This document shows, piece by piece, positions 27,209-35,980 of a DNA stretch of 64,000 nucleotides. The notes beneath the pieces were generated by a model, which ran no database searches, was not told the DNA's origin, and saw only the letters and a list, made by a program, of their open reading frames with translations. The DNA lies in contig JAFTCX010000042.1 of the NCBI GenBank assembly GCA_017454485.1, positions 32,178-96,177 on the forward strand. Reading direction: 5' to 3'. The position numbers were made by a program, and so were the translations under genes. Each line of letters opens with the position of its first letter. Positions within the stretch are counted from its first letter, which is position 1. Origin of the DNA: Clostridia bacterium. GTDB taxonomy: Bacteria > Bacillota > Clostridia > Oscillospirales > Acutalibacteraceae.

Positions 27209-28504
27209 TTATCTTGAATGATCCGTCTCGTTCGGTATGTTCGGAATATAAATGGTAACAGTCGTACCCGCATTGGGGCTGCTTTCCACTGTCAAGGTGC
27301 CGCCGCAAAGCTGTTCGAGCCGTGCGCGCACATTGCGGATGCCGATGTGCGTTTCGTCCATTTCCTGCATTGCGGCAACGTCAAAACCCTTGCCGTTATC
27401 CTGCACAACAATTTTATGCCGCCCGGGCAGGCTTTGCGTAGAAACGGTCACAAGCCCCGTGTCACGGATGCGCACACCGTGCCGAATCGCATTTTCCACA
27501 AGCGGCTGGATTGTCAGCGCCGGAATGCGGAAATCAAGATCCGGCGTATCGTAGGTCACATGCACTGACGGAAAACGGATCTGCTCAATCTCCGCGTAAA
27601 TGCGCACATGTTCAAGCTCCTTTTGCACGGAAATGATGCTCGGTTGACGGAGAGAATCAATGTTTTGCCGCAGGTAGGTGCCGAACTTTTCGGTTGTATC
27701 AAACGCCTTGTCCGGATCGATCTTGCAAAGCGCCTGAATGGTGGAAAGCGTATTATACAAAAAGTGCGGTTGAATCTGGCTCATCATGATTTGGATCTGC
27801 TGCTCCGCCATCAGCGCCTTTTCATGCGCGCGGACGAATTGCAGGTGCAGCCAAATATAATAGAACACACTGCTTGTTACTACAGCGATCGTCAAAAATG
27901 TGACCGGGAACGCTTCAAAGCTGACGAACGTGTCCGCAAGCACTGCCGCGACGATCAGAATCACATTGCAGGCCGGGATCAAAACTTCCCGTTTCCGAAT
28001 CACGGTAAAGGATTTTGCCGTGATCCAAAGCAGCCAAAGCAGCAAAATTCCGCTGACAATGTGGCAACTGTAGCCAAGCGGTCCGCGATAAAAATGGTTG
28101 TTTTCGTCAAAGGCAAAGCAAACGTCGGAAAACAGCGCCGTCAGGTGGATCAAAGCGTTGATGCCGATCAGCACCCAGGCCGGCCAGTAAGAGCGATGAC
28201 CGCCGACGATATAGAAAAACAGCACAAGAACGATCGGTCGCACACAGTAGCCGTAGATGCTGATCAACGTTCGCAAAAAGGCCATAGAGCCCGAAGCGTC
28301 AAGCAAAAAATTCAAATGATTCTGCACAAGCAGACTGAAACCGACCGCGATGTTCAAAAGCATGATCCTTCGGTGCTTTTTTTGAATGTAGGGATCCAGA
28401 AGGATCGCGAAGGTCAGCCCGATGAGCTGCAGCAACAGCGTGAGCTCGACGAGCATTCCCGAAGTCATCAAATTTTGCAGCACGCGATCACACTCCCTAC
28501 CCAA
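27209..28504 (-). CDS. Sensor histidine kinase, LytS/YesM type (His_kinase plus HATPase_c) with a multi-TM sensor
   Basis: Six or so N-terminal TM helices. QIQPHFLYNTLSTI phosphoacceptor region. LVENAIRHG, DNGKGF and GIGIRNV ATPase boxes. Confidence 0.85.
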   Translation of the reverse strand: MGRECDRVLQNLMTSGMLVELTLLLQLIGLTFAILLDPYIQKKHRRIMLLNIAVGFSLLVQNHLNFLLDASGSMAFLRTLISIYGYCVRPIVLVLFFYIVGGHRSYWPAWVLIGINALIHLTALFSDVCFAFDENNHFYRGPLGYSCHIVSGILLLWLLWITAKSFTVIRKREVLIPACNVILIVAAVLADTFVSFEAFPVTFLTIAVVTSSVFYYIWLHLQFVRAHEKALMAEQQIQIMMSQIQPHFLYNTLSTIQALCKIDPDKAFDTTEKFGTYLRQNIDSLRQPSIISVQKELEHVRIYAEIEQIRFPSVHVTYDTPDLDFRIPALTIQPLVENAIRHGVRIRDTGLVTVSTQSLPGRHKIVVQDNGKGFDVAAMQEMDETHIGIRNVRARLEQLCGGTLTVESSPNAGTTVTIYIPNIPNETDHSR

Positions 28505-28516
28505 TATGCCCTCTTA

Positions 28517-30022
28517 TTAAGAAATGAGAAAACTCAAAATCGAATTGGCATTCGAAAGCAGCAGCGAAAACACGACCAGAAGCACCAGCATGAGAAGATG
28601 CAGTTTCCAGTTTCGCACCAAGAGCCCGACAAATTCACGAATCTGCGCGTTCGGCCAGAAATACCATTTGGTTTTGCCTGCGATGCCGTCCGTTTTCAGT
28701 CCGACGTCACCGGCAAGAATGCCGCTGCGGAACACATGGTAGTTTGTGGTGGAAAAAATCACGTTTGCGTTTGGCGTGCGCGCGTCAATGAGCGCTTTGG
28801 AAAAGCGCATATTTTCCAGTGTGTTGGCGGATTTCGTTTCCGCAAGGATGTCGGACTCCGGGATCCCCTGCGAGAGAAGATAACGCCGGACTGCTTCGCC
28901 TTCCGCCATCACCTCGTCGCTCCCTTGCCCGCCGGACGGCACAAGCACCGGCGCAACGCCTGTGGATTCCTTCTGTCGATGATAAAACTCGATCGCTTTA
29001 TCCGCACGGCCTTTGATCAGCGGATACAACGAACCGTCTTTTTTGATCGCGCAGCCGAGGATCAGTACATAGTCCTGCTGCAGCGGCGGATTGCGGTGCG
29101 CGGCAATGACACAGCAGTACTGCGTTGCAAGCAGCACACACGCAAAATATAGGAAAACAGCGGAAATCACTGTGCGCGCTGAGGAGATCCACACAGAACG
29201 CGGATCGAATGCAAAGAGCTGCGTGTTTACAAAGCCCGCCAACAAACACACGCCGACGCCGCCGGTCAGAAGCACAGCAAGAAATAGAGCCAAAAGATTT
29301 GTTTTGCGCAGCCCTTCGTGACGGATCAGCCAAACATTGCTGATCGCCATGCTGACGGCAAGCAGCAGCACCAGCGGAAACGCAACGAGAACCATGGCAG
29401 TCATTGCGTATTCCATAGCGAAAAAGAGCAAGCGACCTGTCGCTTCATCCGGCCGAAGACGGCAAAAGATATCCACGCCGAAAAAGATCATTGCATGCAG
29501 CAAAAAAAGTAAAGACAAGCCGAGATTCAACACGGTTTCATACGAGAAGATGGCAAGCTTTTTTCGGCGGCGATACTGCAAAAACAAATAGACACCCGCA
29601 AACAGGAAAAGCAGCAGAAAACCGACGCACATAATATGAAACCCGTTAAAGTCAAGCTCGCTCGGCTGCAGAATCGTTCCAAAGCGCGTGACATACATAG
29701 CAGTATGATAAGCATCGGTCAGATCTTGATATTCCATATTCTTATGGCTGAACAGAACAGAAACTGACGTTTCACCCCTTTTAAGTGCGCGAAACGTCAC
29801 AACCCAAACATCGCCCTGCTTTTTTGCATCAATCATTTCCACGATGCCCGGCTCGGAATATTCGGCTTTCACATCGCTATAGCCGTCGGCGCTCTCGCGC
29901 ATATAAATGTTAAACGTGCGTGCCGAAAAAAGCAAAAGCACAAATACAACGACACCGACGCACACGCCGAACAGCGCAATAATCAGCAGACTGCGATTCA
30001 AACTGTTTTTCTTCATTGACAC
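28517..30022 (-). CDS. Membrane protein with C-terminal DUF218 (YdcF/SanA/ElyC-like) domain
   Basis: N-terminal signal anchor, extracytoplasmic segment and several TM helices. The C-terminal part carries YVLILGCAIKKDG...VPSGGQG...ANTLENMRFS...TTNYHVFRS. GTG start. 12 nt upstream of the kinase gene. Confidence 0.8.
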   Translation of the reverse strand: MSMKKNSLNRSLLIIALFGVCVGVVVFVLLLFSARTFNIYMRESADGYSDVKAEYSEPGIVEMIDAKKQGDVWVVTFRALKRGETSVSVLFSHKNMEYQDLTDAYHTAMYVTRFGTILQPSELDFNGFHIMCVGFLLLFLFAGVYLFLQYRRRKKLAIFSYETVLNLGLSLLFLLHAMIFFGVDIFCRLRPDEATGRLLFFAMEYAMTAMVLVAFPLVLLLAVSMAISNVWLIRHEGLRKTNLLALFLAVLLTGGVGVCLLAGFVNTQLFAFDPRSVWISSARTVISAVFLYFACVLLATQYCCVIAAHRNPPLQQDYVLILGCAIKKDGSLYPLIKGRADKAIEFYHRQKESTGVAPVLVPSGGQGSDEVMAEGEAVRRYLLSQGIPESDILAETKSANTLENMRFSKALIDARTPNANVIFSTTNYHVFRSGILAGDVGLKTDGIAGKTKWYFWPNAQIREFVGLLVRNWKLHLLMLVLLVVFSLLLSNANSILSFLIS

Positions 30023-30044
30023 TTCTCCCCTCTGATTCCCGTTT

Positions 30045-30053
30045 ATTATAGCA
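30045..30053 (-). promoter_or_regulatory. Extended -10 element (TGcTATAAT) for the DUF218-kinase-regulator operon
   Basis: Reverse complement of 30045..30053 is TGCTATAAT, about 25 nt upstream of the GTG start. The -35 is poor. Confidence 0.4.
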
Positions 30054-30103
30054 CAAGTTCATTCATTGTGAGAAAATATACTTGTGAATATTTTGTAAAC
30101 TAT

Positions 30104-30140
30104 AAAAATGACTGCAGCATTTGAACGCCGCAGTCATTTT
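30104..30140 (-). terminator. Rho-independent terminator after the giant surface-protein gene
   Basis: ATGACTGC-14 nt-GCAGTCAT hairpin flanked by A5 and T4 runs, 14 nt past the stop codon. Confidence 0.6.
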
Positions 30141-30153
30141 CAGAAATGATTTA

Positions 30154-33100
30154 TTAACGGACCACAAAATTGCGGAAGCTTTGGAACGCGTGGACAAACA
30201 GGTGCACGACGGTGTAAACAAATTTCACAAAACCGTTGTTGCTGCTTGCCTGCATTTTCGCGTTGCTGTTGCACATAGAGCAGCGGAAGCCGGTGTCAAT
30301 CGTCTGGCCGCAATCGTCGCAGACATTGTCGAAATCACTGTCGCTGTGATGATGCTTGCCAAGCGTTCTGCCGCAAACGTCACACTTGTCGTCGTTATTT
30401 ACATCCACGTGATCGATCATCGGGATCACTTCGGTTTGAACGTGCGCAGCATCGTTGGCACAAGTGCGCGTTCTGCTGCCCGCCGCAGTACACGTTGCCG
30501 CTTTGGTCACTGTCCAGTCACTCCATGCGTGACCGATTGCGGAACCTGCGACTGTACGAGTATCGGTTGCTTCGCAGCGTTCGCACTTTGCCGTCTCTGT
30601 GCCGTCTTCTTCGCACGTTGCATCATTGTTGGACACATAGTTTACAAAGCTGTGGCCGAGCGAAGGCGTGGTATGCGGTGTGCTGCTGAGTGTAACGCAG
30701 CATTCGCAGATCACAACTTCATCATAGCTGCCGCCCGCTTCACAGCTTGCCGGAATCACATTTGCCTGACTTGTCGAGTTGTTGCCGGTATGGTTTTCCG
30801 GATCAATCGCAAGCGTTTTCACATTCGTCGCACCGCAGGCGCAGGACTGATTCTGTGCGCCTTCTTCCATGCAGGTCGCCTGTTTCGTCACAGTACCGTC
30901 CACCCAGGTATGGGGCTCGTCAATATAGGAGCCGGTGATTGTTACATCGGCAGAAACGTTCGTGTAATTGCCGATCCAACCGGAAAAGCGTTGATGCGTC
31001 TCGCCGTTATTGATCAGCGCCTGCTGTGTCGGCGCTGTGGCGCTTTCACCGGAAATGACAGGTTCTTCCTTTATGATTTCATCATCAAGCTTGAATGTTA
31101 CCGTGAAATACTGCAACTCTTCAATCGTCTCAAGCAGTGCGGCAAGCTCGTTCAAAGCGGTATTCACCGCCGCTTCATTGTCATCAATCGAAAGTGCAGT
31201 GTTGAGTGCGCCGAGCTTTTCATCCAGCGCTTCTATGTCGCTTTCCTTATACTTCATCGGATCTTCTTCGGCTGCGCTTTTGATTGTTTGCGCATTGGTA
31301 TACACAGCATTCTCATTGATGTTCAGCCTGTCACGCACGATGCCTTCGGAAACCAAATGATCACACGCCACGCAGTAGGTGTCGCCGGTGTAGCCGGTGC
31401 AGGTGTAACCGGCGTCTTTCTGATTCTTCAGTTTTGTTTCGTTCGTGGAATGATTGTGATAATCAAAGTCGCCGTAAGAAGCGTTGCAGATTGTGCAAAT
31501 CGCCTTGGCTGTGCAGGTCGCGGTACCGCCGCTATGTGCAGCCTTTCCATCGAACTCGCCGCAGCCGTTGGCACATTCATACCAGTGCTCGTTCTCGTCC
31601 GATTGCAGAACGCTGAAATTATGCGGACCGCGCGTATTATCGCTCAAAGACGCCAGTTCGGTTTCGCCCGATTCGTCAGCGTAGTCTTTACCGCAAACGC
31701 TGCAATGGTAATGCGCAACGGTGCCGAAGCTCATGCAATTTACGGCAGGGACAGCACCAACAAACGTCATGCTGTGTCCAGGGGCAGGAATGGTGTCGGT
31801 TTTTGTGTCGGTAAAGGTCTGCGTTCCGATGGTTGCAGTTGCGGTAAAGGTTTTATAACCGTCCACAAGGTGCTGCACCGGAACGTCGGCGGTCTTTTCC
31901 ACGCTTGCCGTCAGCGTTTTCGTGTCGTCGCCCTTGACGCACTGAACCGTCACAGTCACATTGTAGCTCTCGCCGTTTACCGTCCATGTCCAGTCCGCCT
32001 TTGCAGGCTCGCCGTAAGTGTGACCCGTGGCAGCCTCGCCGGGAACGGTCTGCGTGATTGCGTTGGTGTAGGTTGTGCCGCCGAAAGTCACCGTGGCGGT
32101 ATAGACCGTGTAGCCGGCCGCTGTGCACGTCGCTTCATGCGCATCGGGCGACACGGTCACTTCCGGTTGGACGGTATAGGCGCAGTCGTCGCATTGGAAG
32201 GTGACAGTGGTTTTGTGGTCTTCCGTCCATTCGCTCCAGGAAGGCGGAGCAGAAAAGCTGTGCGCAGCTAAGCCTGTGGTTTCGTTACAATTGGCGCACT
32301 TTTTCCAGTGATTCGTCTCATCGTATAGCGCAACGCTGAAAATGTGCGGTCCGGGTGTGCCGTCGCTCAAGTCGCTCAGCTCATTTTGCGCAGCATCGTC
32401 GCTGAAATGCTTTTCGCAGACCGTGCAGGTATAATACGCCACTGTGCCGGTCTCGGTGCATTTTGTTGCTGCCACAGCCGCCGTCTGTGCGCCAAGCTGA
32501 TGCGCACCGAAGGTGTCGTCGGAAAGCTCGGTCAGCTCTGTTTTGCCCTGCTCGTCAGCAAAGTTTTTATTACAGCCGCTGCAGTGGTAATAGGCGACCG
32601 TGCCGTAATGTTCGCAGTCGACGCCCGAAACCGCAGCAAAAAACTGCATACTGTGTCCTTCGGCGTTGATGGTGTCGGTTCTTGTTGCGGTAAAGGTCTG
32701 ATCGCCAATCGTGGCAGTCGCTTTGAAAGTTTTATGACCGTTCTCAAGGTGCTGCGCCGGAACATCGGCGGTCTTTTCCATGCTCGCGGTCAAAGTCTGC
32801 GTGTCGTCGCCCTTGACGCAGGAGACAGAGACCGAAACATTATAACTGTCACCGTTCGGCGTCCATGTCCAGTCGGTTGCAGCGGGTTCGGCATAGGTAT
32901 GACCCGTGGCGGGAATTTCAACATAAGTCGAATAATCGCAGCGTGTGCAGGTTTGATAAGCCGCCCAGCCGACAGCCGTACAGGTCGGTTCCTGCGCAGC
33001 ATGATTCACATAATTATGGTCAAGCGGTTCGCCGCTTTCAAAGGTTTCGGTGCCCTTGTAGCCGCAGACGCAGGATTTGAAGTAGCTCGCCTTTTCGGTG

Positions 33101-35823
33101 CAGGTCGCAGCCTTTTTCAGATATTTCGCGTCAACAACTTCCTGATCGAACACATGCGCCGCAGGGGTAAAGGTCGCGCGGATGGTGTTGTTGGCGGTAA
33201 TGTTTGTGTAGCCGCTCCAGCCGTCAAAGGTGTAATGGTTGGCGGCGTCGGTGTAGTTTTCCTGCGCTGCAGGCGGCGTAGCGTCAGAGCCGTGCACAAC
33301 GTTTTCACGCTTCAGCTCGTTGCCGTCTTTATCCTCGAAAATGACGGTGTAGCTGTTGAGCGCTGCCGCGCCGAGGGAGATAGTGGTGTCGCCGGTCACA
33401 TTCGGCACGGTGTAGGTAATCACGTTGCCGGATTTTGACGTTGTCACCGCTGCGGCATTCGTTGCCGTGCAAGTTGGCGCAGCGCTGTTCGTGTAGCCGT
33501 CAGCGAGTGTAATTGCAAAGGTGACGCTGCCGCCGTGGTTGACCGTCGCTGCCGGAGCCGTCGACACTGTGTAGCCGGTGCCGTTAAAGTCTTGGGCCAC
33601 AGTGTAGCTGTTGAGCGCTGCCGCGCCGAGGGAGATGGTGGTGTCGCCGTTCACGTTCGGCACAGTGTAGGTAATCACATTGCCGGATTTTGACGTTGTC
33701 ACCGCTGCGGCATTCGTTGCCGTGCAGGACGGCACAGCGCTGTTCGTGTAGCCGTCGGCAAGTGTAATTGCAAACGTGACGGTGCCGCCGTGGTTGACAG
33801 TAGACGCCGGTTGGGTTGTCACGGTGTAGCCGGTTTGGTCAGGGTTAAAGGTGACGTCGTAGGTGTTGATGGCAAACGTCAAATTGACCGAAACGTCGTT
33901 GTCAATGATGGTGCCTTCGAGCGCTCCATCAGCGCTGACATAATGATAGCCGTCCATCGGCGTCGGAACAATCCGGTAGGTCGAATGCGAAAGATGAGTT
34001 TCATTGTAGGTATACATGTCATCCGCAACGTTTTCGTTGTTGACGTAAACGCTGAACATGCCCATGCCACTGGCAACATCGACTTTCAGCGTGTGCGAAT
34101 CCTGCGACCATCTTGCCCACAGCGTTGAAGCCGCCGCCTTGTCCCAGGCGCGGGCGGAGGAGCCGTCGGCATTGTAATACTTTGTGCCGCCCGTTTGCGC
34201 GCTCGTATCATAATAGCCCGCAAAGGTATAGCCGGCTCTGGTCGGCATGGTTGTCGACGGCATTGCCGCATCATACGTCGCAGTTACAGAAGTTGTACCG
34301 CCCGTGCCGTCGTTCTTGTTGAGGGTGACTTCATATGTGTTCGGCGTCCAGTTCAGATCATATGTCACGGAGCTGACCGGACCGGACTCGCCCTCTGTAA
34401 CCACATACGCGTTCATCGGCGCAGTGACACCCGCCGTGTAGCTGTCGCCCGGAGCAAGCTGGCCGGAGCTGCCAGTCCAGTTGCCGTTGCGCGTATAGCC
34501 GGTTTTGCTTGGGTTCGGGGTCGTGAAAGCATTATTATAAGTTTTGGTAATGGTTTGATTCGTACCGGAATCCATGTCAACAAATTTGGATTCAAAGGTG
34601 AACATGTTGCGATACCAGGAGTGAATCGGATATTTATAAGTGGTGCTGCCGATTTTCACGCCCCAGGTGTTGGTGACAAGCTGGGCAGAGGAAATGGTTG
34701 CCGCGCCGTTTTGCATTTGCGCAGAAGACCACTGGGTTGCCTGTGCGCGGTTGTTTGAGGACGAGATCGTACCGCAGTTATAGCTGCCCGAATAAGAAGT
34801 GGTTGAACTCCAGCCGATATCATAGGCATAACCGGAACCCGCACTGATGGTACCGGCGTTATAAAGATTATTGAAATATCCTCCATAAGCTTTATTGACA
34901 TCGACATCACCAATTCCGGAAAAAATGCCGCCGGACATATAGTTGGACGAAACACTGCCCCAGTTGAAGCACTGGTCAAACTCGGAGTTGCCTGATTCTG
35001 TAATATAGCCGATGATGCCTCCGTCATAGTTGCCACCGCTGACCGCGCCGGCGTTCCAGCACTGCTTGAACCACACCCAGTCGGCGGTTGTTCCGCTGTT
35101 TCCAACAAAGTAACCGAACAGTCCCCCGGCTGTGCCGCTGTTGTTCGAAGTAACAGCACCAACATTATAACAATGGACAAACGTTTCGCCAACCTTTGAT
35201 TCGGAATAGCCAACAAGTCCACCGCTGTATCTACCGCTGACACTTGCCGCGTTCGAGCAGTCGTTCATGTTCAGTGCTCCGCTGCTGAGCTCTCTATATT
35301 GACCGACAAGGCCGCCGACGTGTGAGCTGCCTGAAACAGAGCCGCTGCGGATATGGACATTATTCATCGTCAGAGTGCCGCTGACGTAACCGACTACAGC
35401 GGCAATATCATCGGCAGAGACGCTCACATTCACATTGTCCATATTCAAATTTTGAATCACGGCACTGCCGGTGACATAGCGAAACAGACCCTGATACTGC
35501 CCGCTGCCGGTCAAGGTAAAGTTTTTTATGGTATGTCCCTTGCCGTCAAAGGTACCGCAAAAGCCATTGTTTGCGTTATTCTGCACACCGTTCATGTTTT
35601 GCCCGCTAAGGTCAATGTCCGCACTCAGCTCAACGGTTTTTCCGCTGTAGCTGTTGCCGCCCGCAACATTTTGCAAAAAGGTTTTGAGCTGCGCCGCCGT
35701 TGAAATCGTCAAATCCGCCGCGCTCGCCGTCGGCGCAACAAACACCCACGCGCTCAGCAGCATGAGCACGCTCAAAAGCACCGACAAAGAGCGCTTTCCT
35801 GTTCGTTTCATTCGTTTCATCAT
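30154..35823 (-). CDS. Giant secreted/surface protein (~1890 aa): GLUG-like repeats, Listeria/Bacteroides-type (Flg_new) repeats, Ig-like tandem repeats and a long Cys/His-rich C-terminal half
   Basis: AAGGAGG RBS 6 nt before the ATG at 35823. Signal peptide MMKRMKRTGKRSLSVLLSVLMLLSAWVFVAPTASA. GGLVG/GGLFG/GGIIG repeats. TYEVTLNKNDGTGG...AGYTFAGYY...LWARW. Thirteen CxxC pairs. Own promoter and terminator. Confidence 0.85.
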   Translation of the reverse strand: MMKRMKRTGKRSLSVLLSVLMLLSAWVFVAPTASAADLTISTAAQLKTFLQNVAGGNSYSGKTVELSADIDLSGQNMNGVQNNANNGFCGTFDGKGHTIKNFTLTGSGQYQGLFRYVTGSAVIQNLNMDNVNVSVSADDIAAVVGYVSGTLTMNNVHIRSGSVSGSSHVGGLVGQYRELSSGALNMNDCSNAASVSGRYSGGLVGYSESKVGETFVHCYNVGAVTSNNSGTAGGLFGYFVGNSGTTADWVWFKQCWNAGAVSGGNYDGGIIGYITESGNSEFDQCFNWGSVSSNYMSGGIFSGIGDVDVNKAYGGYFNNLYNAGTISAGSGYAYDIGWSSTTSYSGSYNCGTISSSNNRAQATQWSSAQMQNGAATISSAQLVTNTWGVKIGSTTYKYPIHSWYRNMFTFESKFVDMDSGTNQTITKTYNNAFTTPNPSKTGYTRNGNWTGSSGQLAPGDSYTAGVTAPMNAYVVTEGESGPVSSVTYDLNWTPNTYEVTLNKNDGTGGTTSVTATYDAAMPSTTMPTRAGYTFAGYYDTSAQTGGTKYYNADGSSARAWDKAAASTLWARWSQDSHTLKVDVASGMGMFSVYVNNENVADDMYTYNETHLSHSTYRIVPTPMDGYHYVSADGALEGTIIDNDVSVNLTFAINTYDVTFNPDQTGYTVTTQPASTVNHGGTVTFAITLADGYTNSAVPSCTATNAAAVTTSKSGNVITYTVPNVNGDTTISLGAAALNSYTVAQDFNGTGYTVSTAPAATVNHGGSVTFAITLADGYTNSAAPTCTATNAAAVTTSKSGNVITYTVPNVTGDTTISLGAAALNSYTVIFEDKDGNELKRENVVHGSDATPPAAQENYTDAANHYTFDGWSGYTNITANNTIRATFTPAAHVFDQEVVDAKYLKKAATCTEKASYFKSCVCGYKGTETFESGEPLDHNYVNHAAQEPTCTAVGWAAYQTCTRCDYSTYVEIPATGHTYAEPAATDWTWTPNGDSYNVSVSVSCVKGDDTQTLTASMEKTADVPAQHLENGHKTFKATATIGDQTFTATRTDTINAEGHSMQFFAAVSGVDCEHYGTVAYYHCSGCNKNFADEQGKTELTELSDDTFGAHQLGAQTAAVAATKCTETGTVAYYTCTVCEKHFSDDAAQNELSDLSDGTPGPHIFSVALYDETNHWKKCANCNETTGLAAHSFSAPPSWSEWTEDHKTTVTFQCDDCAYTVQPEVTVSPDAHEATCTAAGYTVYTATVTFGGTTYTNAITQTVPGEAATGHTYGEPAKADWTWTVNGESYNVTVTVQCVKGDDTKTLTASVEKTADVPVQHLVDGYKTFTATATIGTQTFTDTKTDTIPAPGHSMTFVGAVPAVNCMSFGTVAHYHCSVCGKDYADESGETELASLSDNTRGPHNFSVLQSDENEHWYECANGCGEFDGKAAHSGGTATCTAKAICTICNASYGDFDYHNHSTNETKLKNQKDAGYTCTGYTGDTYCVACDHLVSEGIVRDRLNINENAVYTNAQTIKSAAEEDPMKYKESDIEALDEKLGALNTALSIDDNEAAVNTALNELAALLETIEELQYFTVTFKLDDEIIKEEPVISGESATAPTQQALINNGETHQRFSGWIGNYTNVSADVTITGSYIDEPHTWVDGTVTKQATCMEEGAQNQSCACGATNVKTLAIDPENHTGNNSTSQANVIPASCEAGGSYDEVVICECCVTLSSTPHTTPSLGHSFVNYVSNNDATCEEDGTETAKCERCEATDTRTVAGSAIGHAWSDWTVTKAATCTAAGSRTRTCANDAAHVQTEVIPMIDHVDVNNDDKCDVCGRTLGKHHHSDSDFDNVCDDCGQTIDTGFRCSMCNSNAKMQASSNNGFVKFVYTVVHLFVHAFQSFRNFVVR
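31620..32025 (-). repeat. Intragenic duplicated ~135-codon module, copy 2 (GHTYGEPAKADWTWTVNGESYNVTVTVQCVKGDDTKTLTAS...HYHCSVCGKDY...GPH)
   Basis: Collinear with copy 1 at the protein level, with many identical residues by eye. The DNA has diverged. Confidence 0.75.
32500..32905 (-). repeat. Intragenic duplicated ~135-codon module, copy 1 (GHTYAEPAATDWTWTPNGDSYNVSVSVSCVKGDDTQTLTAS...YYHCSGCNKNF...GAH)
   Basis: See copy 2. The offset between the copies is about 880 bp. Confidence 0.75.
33347..33856 (-). repeat. Two tandem 255-bp (85-codon) repeats inside the giant gene
   Basis: GTGTAGCTGTTGAGCGCTGCCGCGCCGAGGGAGAT... recurs at 33347 and 33602. There are about a dozen substitutions in the first ~190 bp. 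Encodes ...GYTV.T.PA.TVNHGG.VTFAITLADGYTNSA.P.CTATNAAAVTTSKSGNVITYTVPNV.GDTTISLGAAAL. Confidence 0.9.
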
Positions 35824-35855
35824 AAGTATCCTCCTTACCATATGAATACAGTCTA

Positions 35856-35884
35856 ATTTTACCACCTGTTTTTGCAAATGTCAA
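35856..35884 (-). promoter_or_regulatory. SigmaA-type promoter of the giant gene (TTGACA-17 nt-TAAAAT with TGg extended -10)
   Basis: Reverse complement of 35879..35884 is TTGACA and of 35856..35861 is TAAAAT. Lies between the upstream terminator and the RBS. Confidence 0.55.
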
Positions 35885-35926
35885 CAAAACATTTTCAAAA
35901 TCACTGATTTTTCTTGTAAAAAGCGC

Positions 35927-35960
35927 AAAAACGGGAACCGTTCGTTTGAACCGTTCCCGT
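35927..35960 (-). terminator. Rho-independent terminator after the alpha/beta hydrolase gene
   Basis: 13-bp stem (ACGGGAACGGTTC / GAACCGTTCCCGT, one mismatch) with a 4-nt loop, followed on the minus strand by TTTTGCGCTTTTT. Confidence 0.7.
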
Positions 35961-35980
35961 TGGGATGCTTTCCGAAATTA

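Noticed and set aside
27608-29152. 514-aa plus-strand ORF.
   Set aside because: It is antisense to the histidine kinase and DUF218 genes, and the composition looks non-protein-like (Arg/His/Gln/Lys runs).
30121-33438. 716-aa and 364-aa plus-strand ORFs inside the giant gene region.
   Set aside because: They are antisense to the 1890-aa gene, which has a signal peptide, RBS, promoter, terminator and repeat families. The plus-strand translations are Arg/Cys/Gly/Val-rich noise.
33347-33856. Regularly spaced near-identical repeats that might suggest a CRISPR array.
   Set aside because: There are only two long (255-bp) units, directly adjacent with no spacers. They are in frame within a coding sequence and encode a repeated protein domain.
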